63,561 bases of DNA from positions 1 to 63,561 of the forward strand of contig JAIPHA010000005.1 in assembly GCA_021735445.1 (NCBI GenBank), read 5' to 3'. The notes under the pieces were generated by a model, which was not told the DNA's origin, did no database searches, and was given only the letters and a program-made list of their open reading frames with translations. Made by a program: the position numbers and the translations under genes. The DNA is from Candidatus Omnitrophota bacterium. Lineage in GTDB: Bacteria; Omnitrophota; Gorgyraeia; Duberdicusellales; 4484-171. This document shows positions 55,055 through 63,561 of the stretch, piece after piece. Numbering within the stretch: position 1 is the stretch's first letter; each line of letters begins with the position of its first letter.

Positions 55055-56305
55055 ATGTTTGAACAATTAAAGCTAAAAGATCCGGAAATTTATTCTGCGG
55101 TAGCTAATGAATTAAAAAGGCAAAGGGAGCACCTTGAGCTTATCGCGAGTGAAAATTTTGCGCCTTTAGAAATTTTAGAAGCACAGGGTTCGGTTTTGAC
55201 TAATAAGTATGCTGAGGGGTATCCACATCGGCGCTGGTACGGAGGTTGTGATTGTGTCGATTCAGCCGAAGACCTTGCCATTGAGAGGGTAAAAAAGCTT
55301 TTTGGCGCTGAATTCGCTAATGTACAGCCTCATTCCGGAACCCAGGCTAATATTGCTGTTATGATGGCTGCTTTAAAACCAGATGATACTATTTTAGCTA
55401 TGGATTTAGCTTGCGGCGGCCATCTTTCCCACGGGCACCCGCTTAATTTTTCGGGAAGATTCTATAATATAATTTCCTATAGCGTTGATAAAAATACAGA
55501 ATGCCTTAATTATGAAAATATAGAAAGATTAGCTTTAGAGAATAAGCCGAAGATGATAATTGCCGGAGCGAGCGCATACCCGAGGAAAATAGATTTCAAG
55601 CGTTTTAGGAAAATAGCTGATAGGGTAGGCGCTTTCCTCTGTGTAGATATGGCTCACTTTGCCGGATTGGTTGCCGCCGGAATTCACCCTAACCCTTGCC
55701 CTTATGCCGATTTTGTAACCTCAACCACCCATAAAACTTTACGCGGCCCGCGGGGCGGTTTCATCTTGGCAAAAAAAGAATTTGCTAAAAAAATTAATAC
55801 CGCGGTTTTTCCGGGAAACCAGGGCGGGCCTTTGATGCATATCATAGCTGCTAAAGCTGTGGGGTTTAAACTTGCCGGAGAAGATGGTTTCCTTCAATAT
55901 CAAAAACAAGTTGTAAAAAACAGTTCTTATTTAGCCAAAAAGATGGCTGATTTAGGTTATAGAGTTGTAAGCGGCGGCACTGATACGCATTTATTTCTCC
56001 TTGATTTAGGTTCGAAAAATATAACCGGAAGAAGCGCTTCGGCGGTTTTAGGGAAAGTAAACATTACCGTAAACAAGAACCTTATTCCTTTTGACACCAA
56101 GCCACCGGCGGTCGCAAGCGGAATCAGGCTCGGGACGCCGGCAGTAACCACCCGGGAAATGGGAGAAGAAGAGATGGGTAAAATAGCTAATTTAATAGAT
56201 TTAGCTCTGGTTAACAGAGAAGATGAAACCAAGCTATCAGAAATTAAAAAAGAAGTTCTGGTTTTAACCGGAGAGTTTCCTCTTTATAAAGAACTGGATT
56301 TATAA
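55055..56305 (+). CDS. glyA: Serine hydroxymethyltransferase
   Basis: 'LIASEN', 'YAEGYP', 'GGHLSHG', '[12 protein letters not shown]' and 'SGIRLGTP'. Confidence 0.98.
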   Translation: MFEQLKLKDPEIYSAVANELKRQREHLELIASENFAPLEILEAQGSVLTNKYAEGYPHRRWYGGCDCVDSAEDLAIERVKKLFGAEFANVQPHSGTQANIAVMMAALKPDDTILAMDLACGGHLSHGHPLNFSGRFYNIISYSVDKNTECLNYENIERLALENKPKMIIAGASAYPRKIDFKRFRKIADRVGAFLCVDMAHFAGLVAAGIHPNPCPYADFVTSTTHKTLRGPRGGFILAKKEFAKKINTAVFPGNQGGPLMHIIAAKAVGFKLAGEDGFLQYQKQVVKNSSYLAKKMADLGYRVVSGGTDTHLFLLDLGSKNITGRSASAVLGKVNITVNKNLIPFDTKPPAVASGIRLGTPAVTTREMGEEEMGKIANLIDLALVNREDETKLSEIKKEVLVLTGEFPLYKELDL

Positions 56306-56335
56306 TCATTTTTTTAATTTAAGGGTTAGGGGGAT

Positions 56336-56842
56336 ATGTTAAATAATCAATTTTGCGGTAAAAAAAAGCCAAAAAGGCCTTCCTGGGATCAATATTTTAT
56401 GGGAGTTTCTTTTTTAGTTAGCCAGCGGGCTACTTGTTTAAGGAGAAAAGTGGGAGCGGTGTTGGTAAAAGATAAACAAATTCTTGCTACCGGCTACAAT
56501 GGCGCCCCCGTGGGCTTAGAACATTGCCAGATAACCGGTTGCCTCAGAGAGACAACTAAAGTCCCTTCCGGACAGCGCCACGAAATATGCCGGGGATTGC
56601 ACGCAGAGCAGAATGTGCTTCTTCAGGCCGCCAAGCACGGAACGCCGGTAAAGGGAAGCGTTCTTTATATAACAAATTCACCTTGTAGTATTTGCGCGAA
56701 AATGATTATTAACGCCGGTATCGATGAAATAGTTGTTTTTGATGATTATCCTGATAAAATGGCTATGGAATTTTTGAAACAATCGAAACTAGTTTTAAGA
56801 AAGTTAAAGGATTTTAATAAAAACGAGGTTTTAATCGATTAG
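56336..56842 (+). CDS. dCMP deaminase / ComEB-family Zn deaminase
   Basis: 'RPSWDQYFM', 'TGYNG', 'HAEQN' and 'PCSICAKMI'. Confidence 0.92.
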   Translation: MLNNQFCGKKKPKRPSWDQYFMGVSFLVSQRATCLRRKVGAVLVKDKQILATGYNGAPVGLEHCQITGCLRETTKVPSGQRHEICRGLHAEQNVLLQAAKHGTPVKGSVLYITNSPCSICAKMIINAGIDEIVVFDDYPDKMAMEFLKQSKLVLRKLKDFNKNEVLID

Positions 56843-56844
56843 TT

Positions 56845-57309
56845 ATGCGGTGCCCTTATTGTGGTTTCAATCAAGATAAAGTAGTTGACTCCCGCCTTAC
56901 CTCCGAAGGTTTAGCGATAAGAAGAAGAAGGGAGTGCAATGGTTGCGGCAGGCGTTTTACTACTTATGAATATGTAGAAAAAACTCCCTTGATGGTAATA
57001 AAGAAGGATGGGCGGAGAGAGCCTTTTTCTCAACAAAAAATTTTAGATGGATTAATTAAAGCTTGTGAAAAAAGAGCGGTAAGTGTAGAAAAGTTAGAAA
57101 ATATGGTTGCCGAGATTGAAATTAAACTACAAAAGAAATTTGAACAAGAAGTTGAATCTAATCATATCGGGGAATTAGTCATGGAAAAACTTTCCCGGCT
57201 GGATGATGTTGCCTATGTAAGGTTTGCTTCTGTGTACAGGCAATTTAAAGATATTAATCAATTTTTGCGTGAGTTACGCGAGGTTTTGGGAAGAAAAATA
57301 AATAAATAA
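56845..57309 (+). CDS. nrdR: Transcriptional repressor NrdR
   Basis: 'MRCPYC', '[17 protein letters not shown]', ATP cone and 'YVRFASVY'. Confidence 0.97.
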   Translation: MRCPYCGFNQDKVVDSRLTSEGLAIRRRRECNGCGRRFTTYEYVEKTPLMVIKKDGRREPFSQQKILDGLIKACEKRAVSVEKLENMVAEIEIKLQKKFEQEVESNHIGELVMEKLSRLDDVAYVRFASVYRQFKDINQFLRELREVLGRKINK

Positions 57310-57387
57310 GAGTTAAGTGGAGGTAAATCCAAAACGCCTGCTAATTTCTCACAATACTAACCCACTCTTTTAGATCATTACTTATCT

Positions 57388-58815
57388 ATGAAAGCTAATG
57401 CTTGCCTAAAAAAAGTTCCGCGCATAAATATAATTTCGAAATTAGCTAAAGAAACAAAAATTAAGGTATGGTTGGTGGGCGGTTTTTTAAGGGACAGCTA
57501 TCTTAAAACACCCAAAGATTTGGCCGATTTTGATTTTTGTGTGGAAAAAAATATAGATTTATTTGTTAAGAAAATAGCTAAATCCTTCAGAAAGAAAGTA
57601 ATTGTATTAGATAAAGAAAGCTCCAGTTTTCGAATCGTTGTAAACAAAAATAAAAAAAATTACAGTTATGATTTTATCTTAATGCGGGGTAAGGATATCA
57701 AGCAAGACCTATCGCAAAGGGATTTTACTATTAATACCTTGGCATTGGATATAAGCGAGCCAAAAAAAGTTTTAGATTATTACGGAGGGATAAAAGATTT
57801 AAAAAATAGAAAGATAAAAACCCTATCCGGTTCTGTAATAAATGATGACCCCTTAAGGATATTAAGAGGTTTTTCTTTTGCTTCCAGATATGGATTTAAG
57901 ATTGAGGCTCAAACTTTAAAGTTTTTTCATTCATATAAGGAAAAATTGAAAAAAGTATCCTCTGAGAGGATTAACCAAGAATTATTTCAAATATTCGATT
58001 CTCAAAAGTCGCATAAGGTAATAAAAAAAATGGACGAGCTGAGGATAATTGATCAAATTATACCTTATGTCGGAAAGATGAGAGAAACCGGCCAGGGGGG
58101 TTTTCACCATTTAAACGTTTGGGATCATTCGATAGAAACCTTAAAACAATTTGAGCTGCTTTATCAGCGGAAAATTAAAAATGAGCAGGAGCTTAAAGAT
58201 TTTCTTAAGGAGCAGTTAGGCGGAGGCAGAAAGAGAGGGCAAATTATAAAGTTAGCTTGTTTGCTTCATGATATCGGCAAACCTTTCGTAAAAAAGAAAA
58301 CTAAGGCCCGTACAATATTCCATATGCATGAAAAGGCAGGCAGGGAAATTTCTTCTAAGTTTGCCCAAACAATGCGTTTATCAAGGGTTGAAAGGCAAAA
58401 AATAGCCAAGATGGTTTTTTGGCATCTTCGGCCCGGCTATCTAGCCGATCAGGTTACTCCCAGCCGCAGGGCTGTTTACCGTTTTTTTCGGGATACCCAA
58501 GAAGAAGGCGTATCAGTTATTCTTCTTTCTTTGGCTGATTGGCGCGCCACGCGCGGCCCTTTAACAAGTTCGTTAAAGAGAAAACGCCATGAGAAAGTTA
58601 TGTTGCAATTAGTGGATGATTATTTGAGCGCAAAAAAAATAAAACCTGTTCCTAAAATTATCAATGGCTATGATTTGATCAATAGTTTAGGCCTAAAAGA
58701 AGGGCCGGAGGTAGGAAAAATTTTAGCAAAAATTAAAGAACTCCAGGCCTTAGGCAAAGTAAACAAAAAAACAGAGGCCTTAGAAGCCGCTAAAGATATT
58801 TTAAAAAAAATATGA
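57388..58815 (+). CDS. Class II tRNA nucleotidyltransferase with HD domain (probably CC-adding)
   Basis: 'VGGFLRD', 'DFDF', 'DL.QRDFTIN', 'DDPLR', 'VSSERI' and 'LLHDIGKP'. Confidence 0.88.
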   Translation: MKANACLKKVPRINIISKLAKETKIKVWLVGGFLRDSYLKTPKDLADFDFCVEKNIDLFVKKIAKSFRKKVIVLDKESSSFRIVVNKNKKNYSYDFILMRGKDIKQDLSQRDFTINTLALDISEPKKVLDYYGGIKDLKNRKIKTLSGSVINDDPLRILRGFSFASRYGFKIEAQTLKFFHSYKEKLKKVSSERINQELFQIFDSQKSHKVIKKMDELRIIDQIIPYVGKMRETGQGGFHHLNVWDHSIETLKQFELLYQRKIKNEQELKDFLKEQLGGGRKRGQIIKLACLLHDIGKPFVKKKTKARTIFHMHEKAGREISSKFAQTMRLSRVERQKIAKMVFWHLRPGYLADQVTPSRRAVYRFFRDTQEEGVSVILLSLADWRATRGPLTSSLKRKRHEKVMLQLVDDYLSAKKIKPVPKIINGYDLINSLGLKEGPEVGKILAKIKELQALGKVNKKTEALEAAKDILKKI

Positions 58816-59693
58816 AATTAGAAAATATAACTGTAAATTTATCCAAAAAAATAAAAAGTATTCAATGCATGGTGGTTTCGTCTGATTACTTTTTGCAGCT
58901 GAATCAAGAAAAAAGAAGAGCCGGAAAGTTAAAGAAGCTAAAACCCGGCCAAGCTGTTTTAAGAAAAGATGATTTTTTTAACAGCGAATATGTCATTTTT
59001 ATTAATTTAAGCTGCGTTAAGAAGCAAGAAGTTATCCGGAAAGCTTTAGATAGCTGCTTTAGGCGGGTTAAAAGATACAATATTGAATCCTTGGGCTTTT
59101 TGACTGATAGTTTCAAAAATAGCGTTGATTTTGCTGTCTTTTCCAAAATAGCTGCTCAGGAGATATTTCGCCAGGCAAAGATTAATGATAAGAAAAGATT
59201 AAAAAAAATATTATTAATAACAGAGAGCGGCTTAACCGAGAATATATTAAGCAGGAACGTAATCGGTTATCTCAACCATATAAAAATAAACAGAGGCCCT
59301 TTTCTTACCGTAGACGGCCTGGTGCAATATAAAAACGGTATTGTTTTGGTAGAAAGGAGAAATCCTCCCCTGGGCCTGGCTTTGCCGGGCGGTTTTGTTG
59401 ATTATGGAGAAAAAGTAGAAGACGCGGTTGCCCGGGAAGTCAAGGAAGAAACGAACCTTGATTTTATAAATATAAAACAATTTAAAGTTTATTCCGATAA
59501 GTTTAGGGATCCCCGCTTCCATACGGTTTCGGTGGTTTTTACCGGAAAAGGCAGAGGGAAGCTTAAAGCAGCTTCCGATGCGAAAAAAGCTTTAGTTCTC
59601 GAAATTGTTAAAGGTAAAAGCCGCTTGGCAAAATTACCGGATAACATTGCTTTTGACCACAAAAAGGTAATCAAAGACTTTTTAAATGGTTGA
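58812..59693 (+). CDS. Degenerate macro-like domain fused to a Nudix hydrolase (ADP-ribose pyrophosphatase-like)
   Basis: Nudix box 'GFVDYGEKVEDAVAREVKEETNL', 'RDPRFH' and 'AFDH'. The N-terminal macro assignment is by secondary-structure-like pattern only. Confidence 0.7.
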   Translation: MKLENITVNLSKKIKSIQCMVVSSDYFLQLNQEKRRAGKLKKLKPGQAVLRKDDFFNSEYVIFINLSCVKKQEVIRKALDSCFRRVKRYNIESLGFLTDSFKNSVDFAVFSKIAAQEIFRQAKINDKKRLKKILLITESGLTENILSRNVIGYLNHIKINRGPFLTVDGLVQYKNGIVLVERRNPPLGLALPGGFVDYGEKVEDAVAREVKEETNLDFINIKQFKVYSDKFRDPRFHTVSVVFTGKGRGKLKAASDAKKALVLEIVKGKSRLAKLPDNIAFDHKKVIKDFLNG

Positions 59694-59701
59694 GGTTGGC
59701 T

Positions 59702-61732
59702 ATGGAAAAGATACCCATACGTTATATTAAAGGGGTAGGGCCTCATAAAGAAGAGGTATTCAATAGAAAGGCCCAGGTTTATAGCCTAAAGGACCTTTTT
59801 TATTATTTCCCTTTCCGTTATGAAGACCGGACTAATTTTGTAAATATCCAGGATTTAAAAAAAAATGAAAATGCGGTAATTCAGGGCGAAGTTTTAGCCA
59901 GAAACTTAAAGAAATTCCCTCACTTTATCCGCTCTGTAAAAATAAAAAGTATCTTGGAAGTTATTCTGGGAGACCAAACCGCTAAAATTAGCTGTAAGTG
60001 GTTCAACCAGCCTTATCTTGTTGATTCCCTTAAAGTCGGCCAAAAAATAATTGTTTATGGAAAAGTTACTTATTATCGAGGCAAACTGCAAATGGTTGCC
60101 CCTAAATTTGAGCAAAGCGACAAAGCGCAAAGTTTAGATATCGGTAAAATTACGCCTATTTACAGGTTGCCGGCTGAATTCAGCCAAAGGTTTATGAGAA
60201 AAACAATATTTTTAGCTTTAAAAAAATACAGCTCCGGCCTTGTTGACCCGATTCCTTTTGAGGTCAGAAAGAGGCAGAATATTTCTAATATTGCCAAAAG
60301 CTTTCAGCAGATACATTTTCCTGCTTGCCTAGAAGATGCGGATTTAGCCAGGCAGAGATTTATTTTCGAAGAGTTATTTATTTCTCAGGTAAGGGTCTAT
60401 CTACGCAAAGCTAAACACCGTTTTCAACAAGGTCCCTGTTTGGAATTTAATAAAAAAATAGTACAACAAATAGAGCAAACATTGCTTTTTTGCCTAACCC
60501 GGGCTCAAAGAGGCGCCGTGCAGGAAATTTTAGCGGATCTGGAAAAGAAATATCCAATGCGCCGGCTTTTACAGGGAGATGTAGGCAGCGGGAAAACCGC
60601 TGTGGCTATTTTTCCCATAATTTTGTCAGCACTATCTTCCCAGCAGGTAGCGTTTATGGTACCAACAGAGTTTTTAGCTTATCAGCATAAAAAGACAATA
60701 GATAGCTTATTAGAAAAATCAGCCCCGCCCTTGTCCGGCTTAAAAGGCAAAATAGATTTATTAACCTCTTCTTCTTCGCTAAAAGAAAAAAACCTCGTTC
60801 TAAAAAGGTTAACGAGGGGTGATTCTTTAATTGTGGTAGGAACCCATTCTTTAATCCAGAAGAAAATAAAATTTAAAAAGTTAGGGATGGTAGTGATAGA
60901 TGAACAACATAAATTCGGAGCGGCTCAAAGGGCCCTTTTGCCAAAAAAAAGCAAAACTCCGCCTAATTGTTTAGTGATGAGCGCCACCCCTATTCCCCGC
61001 AGTTTAGCTCTTTCTCTTTATGGAGATTTGGATTTATCAACGATTGGCCAGTTACCTCCGGGGCGGGTTGCGCCGGAGACGATTTTAGTTAAAGATAAAA
61101 ATAGAGAACGGGTCTATGATTTGATTGAAGAAAAAATAAAAGAAGGCAGGCAGGCCTACATAGTTTATCCGGTTATAGATCAAAATGATAAATTAGAAGT
61201 TAAATCATTAAACCAGATGGCGCAATTGGCCAAAAAAAGGTTTTCCGGGTTTTCTTTAGGGGTATTTCATGGGCGGTTAGAAAACCAAGAAAAAATAAGA
61301 GTGGTTAATAAGTTCAATCACGGTAAAATTGATATTCTTGTATCTACTAACCTGGTAGAGGTCGGCCTTGATATTAAAAATGCCACGCTTATGGTAGTTG
61401 AAAGCCCGGAAAAGTTTGGTTTATCTCAATTGCATCAGCTGCGCGGCCGGATTAGAAGGTCCCGGCGCAAATCCACTTTTGTTTTAATTTATAATGAAAA
61501 TATTTCCCAAGAAGCCCGAAAGAGGCTGATAACTATCAAAAAAGAAAGTGATGGATTCCAGATAGCCGAAATGGACTTAAAGTTGCGCGGGCCGGGAGAT
61601 TTTTTTGGCCAGCTTCAACATGGCTTGCCGGATTTAAGAATTGCAAATCCCGCCAGAGATTTAAAAATTTTAAAAGAGGCGCGGATTTTAGCCAGAGAGG
61701 CGGTTAAAAAAGTAAAAAAATGCAAATTTTAG
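59702..61732 (+). CDS. recG: ATP-dependent DNA helicase RecG
   Basis: 'IKGVGP', 'PFRYEDR', 'QGDVGSGKT', 'DEQH', 'MSATPIPR', 'QLRGRI' and 'RGPGDFFG'. Confidence 0.97.
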   Translation: MEKIPIRYIKGVGPHKEEVFNRKAQVYSLKDLFYYFPFRYEDRTNFVNIQDLKKNENAVIQGEVLARNLKKFPHFIRSVKIKSILEVILGDQTAKISCKWFNQPYLVDSLKVGQKIIVYGKVTYYRGKLQMVAPKFEQSDKAQSLDIGKITPIYRLPAEFSQRFMRKTIFLALKKYSSGLVDPIPFEVRKRQNISNIAKSFQQIHFPACLEDADLARQRFIFEELFISQVRVYLRKAKHRFQQGPCLEFNKKIVQQIEQTLLFCLTRAQRGAVQEILADLEKKYPMRRLLQGDVGSGKTAVAIFPIILSALSSQQVAFMVPTEFLAYQHKKTIDSLLEKSAPPLSGLKGKIDLLTSSSSLKEKNLVLKRLTRGDSLIVVGTHSLIQKKIKFKKLGMVVIDEQHKFGAAQRALLPKKSKTPPNCLVMSATPIPRSLALSLYGDLDLSTIGQLPPGRVAPETILVKDKNRERVYDLIEEKIKEGRQAYIVYPVIDQNDKLEVKSLNQMAQLAKKRFSGFSLGVFHGRLENQEKIRVVNKFNHGKIDILVSTNLVEVGLDIKNATLMVVESPEKFGLSQLHQLRGRIRRSRRKSTFVLIYNENISQEARKRLITIKKESDGFQIAEMDLKLRGPGDFFGQLQHGLPDLRIANPARDLKILKEARILAREAVKKVKKCKF

Positions 61733-62265
61733 GCGGAAAATTAAAAGGGAGAAAAATTGAAGCTCCTTTGGGGATAAGGCCGGTTTCTCAACGGATCAAA
61801 AAAAGCTGTTTTGATATAATAACCGAATTGGTTAGAGGCAAAACCGTGTTAGACCTTTATGCCGGCAGCGGCGCATTAGGGATAGAAGCTTTAGCCCAGG
61901 GAGCCGCTCAAGCTGTTTTTGTTGACAAAAGCAAAAGGAGCTTAAGGGCTGTGGGCAATAACCTTAATGGTTTAAAATTAAAGGATCAGGCTAAGGTGTA
62001 TTATAAAGAAAGTTCTTTGGCTATAAAATATTTTTACCGGAAAGAATATTTTTTTGATATTATTTTTCTGGACCCCCCTTATTCTCGGGGGCTGCTTACA
62101 AAGAGCTTGCAACTATTAGAAAGTTATGATATATTAGCCCGTCCTGGATATTTAGTAGGGTTTTGTTCTAAAAAAGATAATTACAGTAAAGAATACAGCA
62201 AGTTTTCTTTAATTTTAGATAGAGGATATGGCCAATCCAGGCTGATTATATACAGAAAAAAATAG
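61720..62265 (+). CDS. rsmD: 16S rRNA (guanine966-N2)-methyltransferase
   Basis: 'ILGGKLKGR', 'LDLYAGSGALGIEAL' and 'DPPY'. Confidence 0.93.
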   Translation: MQILGGKLKGRKIEAPLGIRPVSQRIKKSCFDIITELVRGKTVLDLYAGSGALGIEALAQGAAQAVFVDKSKRSLRAVGNNLNGLKLKDQAKVYYKESSLAIKYFYRKEYFFDIIFLDPPYSRGLLTKSLQLLESYDILARPGYLVGFCSKKDNYSKEYSKFSLILDRGYGQSRLIIYRKK

Positions 62266-62329
62266 AACCCCTGTTTTTTTCTAAAAATTCAATGAAACCT
62301 AGATTGGCAAAAAAGGTAAATTAAAAAAA

Positions 62330-62833
62330 GTGATGCAGAAAGCAATTTATCCTGGTACCTTTGACCCTATTACTAATGGACACCTTGATATAGTAAACAG
62401 GGCTAATCTTTTATTTGACCAACTAATAGTGGCTGTAGTTAAGAGCCCTCCCAAAGCCTGCCTTTTTCCTTACAATGAACGCCTTGATTTAGCTAAAAAA
62501 GTGACTAAAAATATAAAAGGCGTGGAGGTTCTAGGATTTGAAGGTTTAGTGATAGATTTTGCGCGCCAAAACAAAGCTGATGTAATCATTAGAGGATTGA
62601 GGACAATGTCAGATTTTGAATATGAATTCAAGATGGCTTTAACCAATAAAAGTTTAGCTCCAGCTATAGAAACCTTTTTTTTAATGACTCAGCCTCAATA
62701 TTCTTTCATTTCTTCGCATTTAATAAAAGAAGTGGCTTTATTGGGGGGAGACCTAAATAAATTTTTACCTGAGGCAGTATTTGACGCGGTAAACAAGAAA
62801 GTGGATGAAGGTTGCGGTTGGAAAAATAACTGA
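62330..62833 (+). CDS. coaD: Phosphopantetheine adenylyltransferase
   Basis: 'IYPGTFDPITNGH', 'RGLR...DFEYE' and 'ISS'. Confidence 0.97.
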   Translation: MMQKAIYPGTFDPITNGHLDIVNRANLLFDQLIVAVVKSPPKACLFPYNERLDLAKKVTKNIKGVEVLGFEGLVIDFARQNKADVIIRGLRTMSDFEYEFKMALTNKSLAPAIETFFLMTQPQYSFISSHLIKEVALLGGDLNKFLPEAVFDAVNKKVDEGCGWKNN

Positions 62834-63242
62834 ACAGGGGCTAAGGCTGGATGAAAAAATTCCGGCTGCTTCCTTAAGCTTAGACGGATTTGATTTAAAA
62901 TTTGTTGATTGCCTTAAGGTAGAGGCGGTTTTTACCAAGATTTATAGTGAGGTAATCAGTAAAGTTGAGATTACAGCTTATTGCCAAATTAGTTGTTCGC
63001 GCTGTTTAGTTGAGGTCGGCCAGATTAAAAAATATGGATCCCAAAAAACCTATCAACTAAATAAATTGGGTAATTTTTTAGATATTAATGATCAGGTCAG
63101 AGAAGAGATTTTACTGAATTTTTCTCTTAAAGTGCTTTGCTCTCCTGGCTGTCAAGGGCTGTGTTCCTCTTGTGGCAGGAACCTTAATTGGGGAGAATGC
63201 AATTGCTCGAAAAGTCAACAGGTTAACAAATTAACCAATTAA
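62805..63242 (+). CDS. DUF177/YceD family protein
   Basis: 'CSRCL' and 'LCSPGCQGLCSSCGRNLN..C.C'; position before rpmF. Confidence 0.9.
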   Translation: MKVAVGKITEQGLRLDEKIPAASLSLDGFDLKFVDCLKVEAVFTKIYSEVISKVEITAYCQISCSRCLVEVGQIKKYGSQKTYQLNKLGNFLDINDQVREEILLNFSLKVLCSPGCQGLCSSCGRNLNWGECNCSKSQQVNKLTN

Positions 63243-63253
63243 CAAATTAATTA
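63214..63253 (+). repeat. Octamer tandem repeat (TTAACCAA alphabet) containing the yceD stop
   Basis: GTCAACAG GTTAACAA ATTAACCA ATTAACAA ATTAATTA. Confidence 0.7.
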
Positions 63254-63272
63254 ATTTCAATGGAGGTCAATA

Positions 63273-63479
63273 ATGGCACATCCTAAACGGAAACACTCCC
63301 ATGCACGCACTCATAAAAAAAGAACTCATCAAACAATAAGCTCTCCATCTTTAATAAAATGCAGCCAGTGTAAAAAAATGAAGCCGAAAAGCATGGTTTG
63401 CCCTTTTTGCGGTTATTACAAGGATAAAGAAATAATAAAAATAGAGCAAAAAGAAAACAAAAAGAAAAAAACCGGCTAA
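63273..63479 (+). CDS. rpmF: 50S ribosomal protein L32 (Zn-ribbon form)
   Basis: 'MAHPKRKHS' and 'CSQC...VCPFCGYY'. Confidence 0.93.
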   Translation: MAHPKRKHSHARTHKKRTHQTISSPSLIKCSQCKKMKPKSMVCPFCGYYKDKEIIKIEQKENKKKKTG

Positions 63480-63517
63480 TTTATAGAATTTTCTGCTTAT
63501 CTTAGAAGGAGATAACT

Positions 63518-63561
63518 TTGGAGAACCAAAAAAAGAGATTTAAGATAGGAGTAGATGCTTC
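63518..63561 (+). CDS. plsX: Probable 5' end of phosphate acyltransferase PlsX (truncated by the window edge)
   Basis: AGGAG RBS, TTG start, 'MENQKKRFKIGVDA' resembles the PlsX 'IAVDAMGGD' start; rpmF-plsX synteny. Confidence 0.55.
   Translation, partial: MENQKKRFKIGVDA

Noticed and set aside
57307-57372. Weak GAGT/ACTC fold-back between nrdR and the nucleotidyltransferase
   Set aside because: Too degenerate to show periodicity; may be a decayed member of the hairpin family but is not supportable.

Overview
AT-rich bacterial chromosome segment. About 66 genes all lie on the + strand; no RNA genes, CRISPR array or transposase were seen. Gene content and order suggest an anaerobic PVC-superphylum organism, most likely Candidatus Omnitrophota (inference, not verified). 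Content is mostly housekeeping: uppS-cdsA-dxr-rseP-ispG-[cpaF]-proS-rimP-nusA-infB, trpS-scpA-ruvB, tgt-trmD-rplS-rnhB, fchA-folD-metF, guaB-guaA, dnaE with a 450-aa LAGLIDADG intein, hisS-aspS, phoH-HD-ybeY-recO, queF, apbE, panB, a pur cluster, tsaC/PTP-rpiB-glyA, nrdR, a tRNA nucleotidyltransferase, and recG-rsmD-coaD-yceD-rpmF-plsX (partial). The most unusual signal is non-coding. At least 14 gene junctions carry repeat elements: 7/8-nt periodic tandem hairpins written in several different sequence alphabets, a 3-copy ACGAAT palindrome family (two copies 77/81 identical, one inverted), and a MITE/REP-like element with 16-bp terminal inverted repeats. Several of these supply the stop codon of the upstream gene. 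Other highlights: an unannotated 33-aa CCCH basic peptide with its own promoter, RBS and terminator; a PurF with Ser in place of the catalytic Cys1; a FolD lacking the cyclohydrolase Lys next to FchA; MetF coupled to a degenerate flavoprotein; an orphan TadA/CpaF inside the ispG-proS operon; and a probable CC-adding enzyme.
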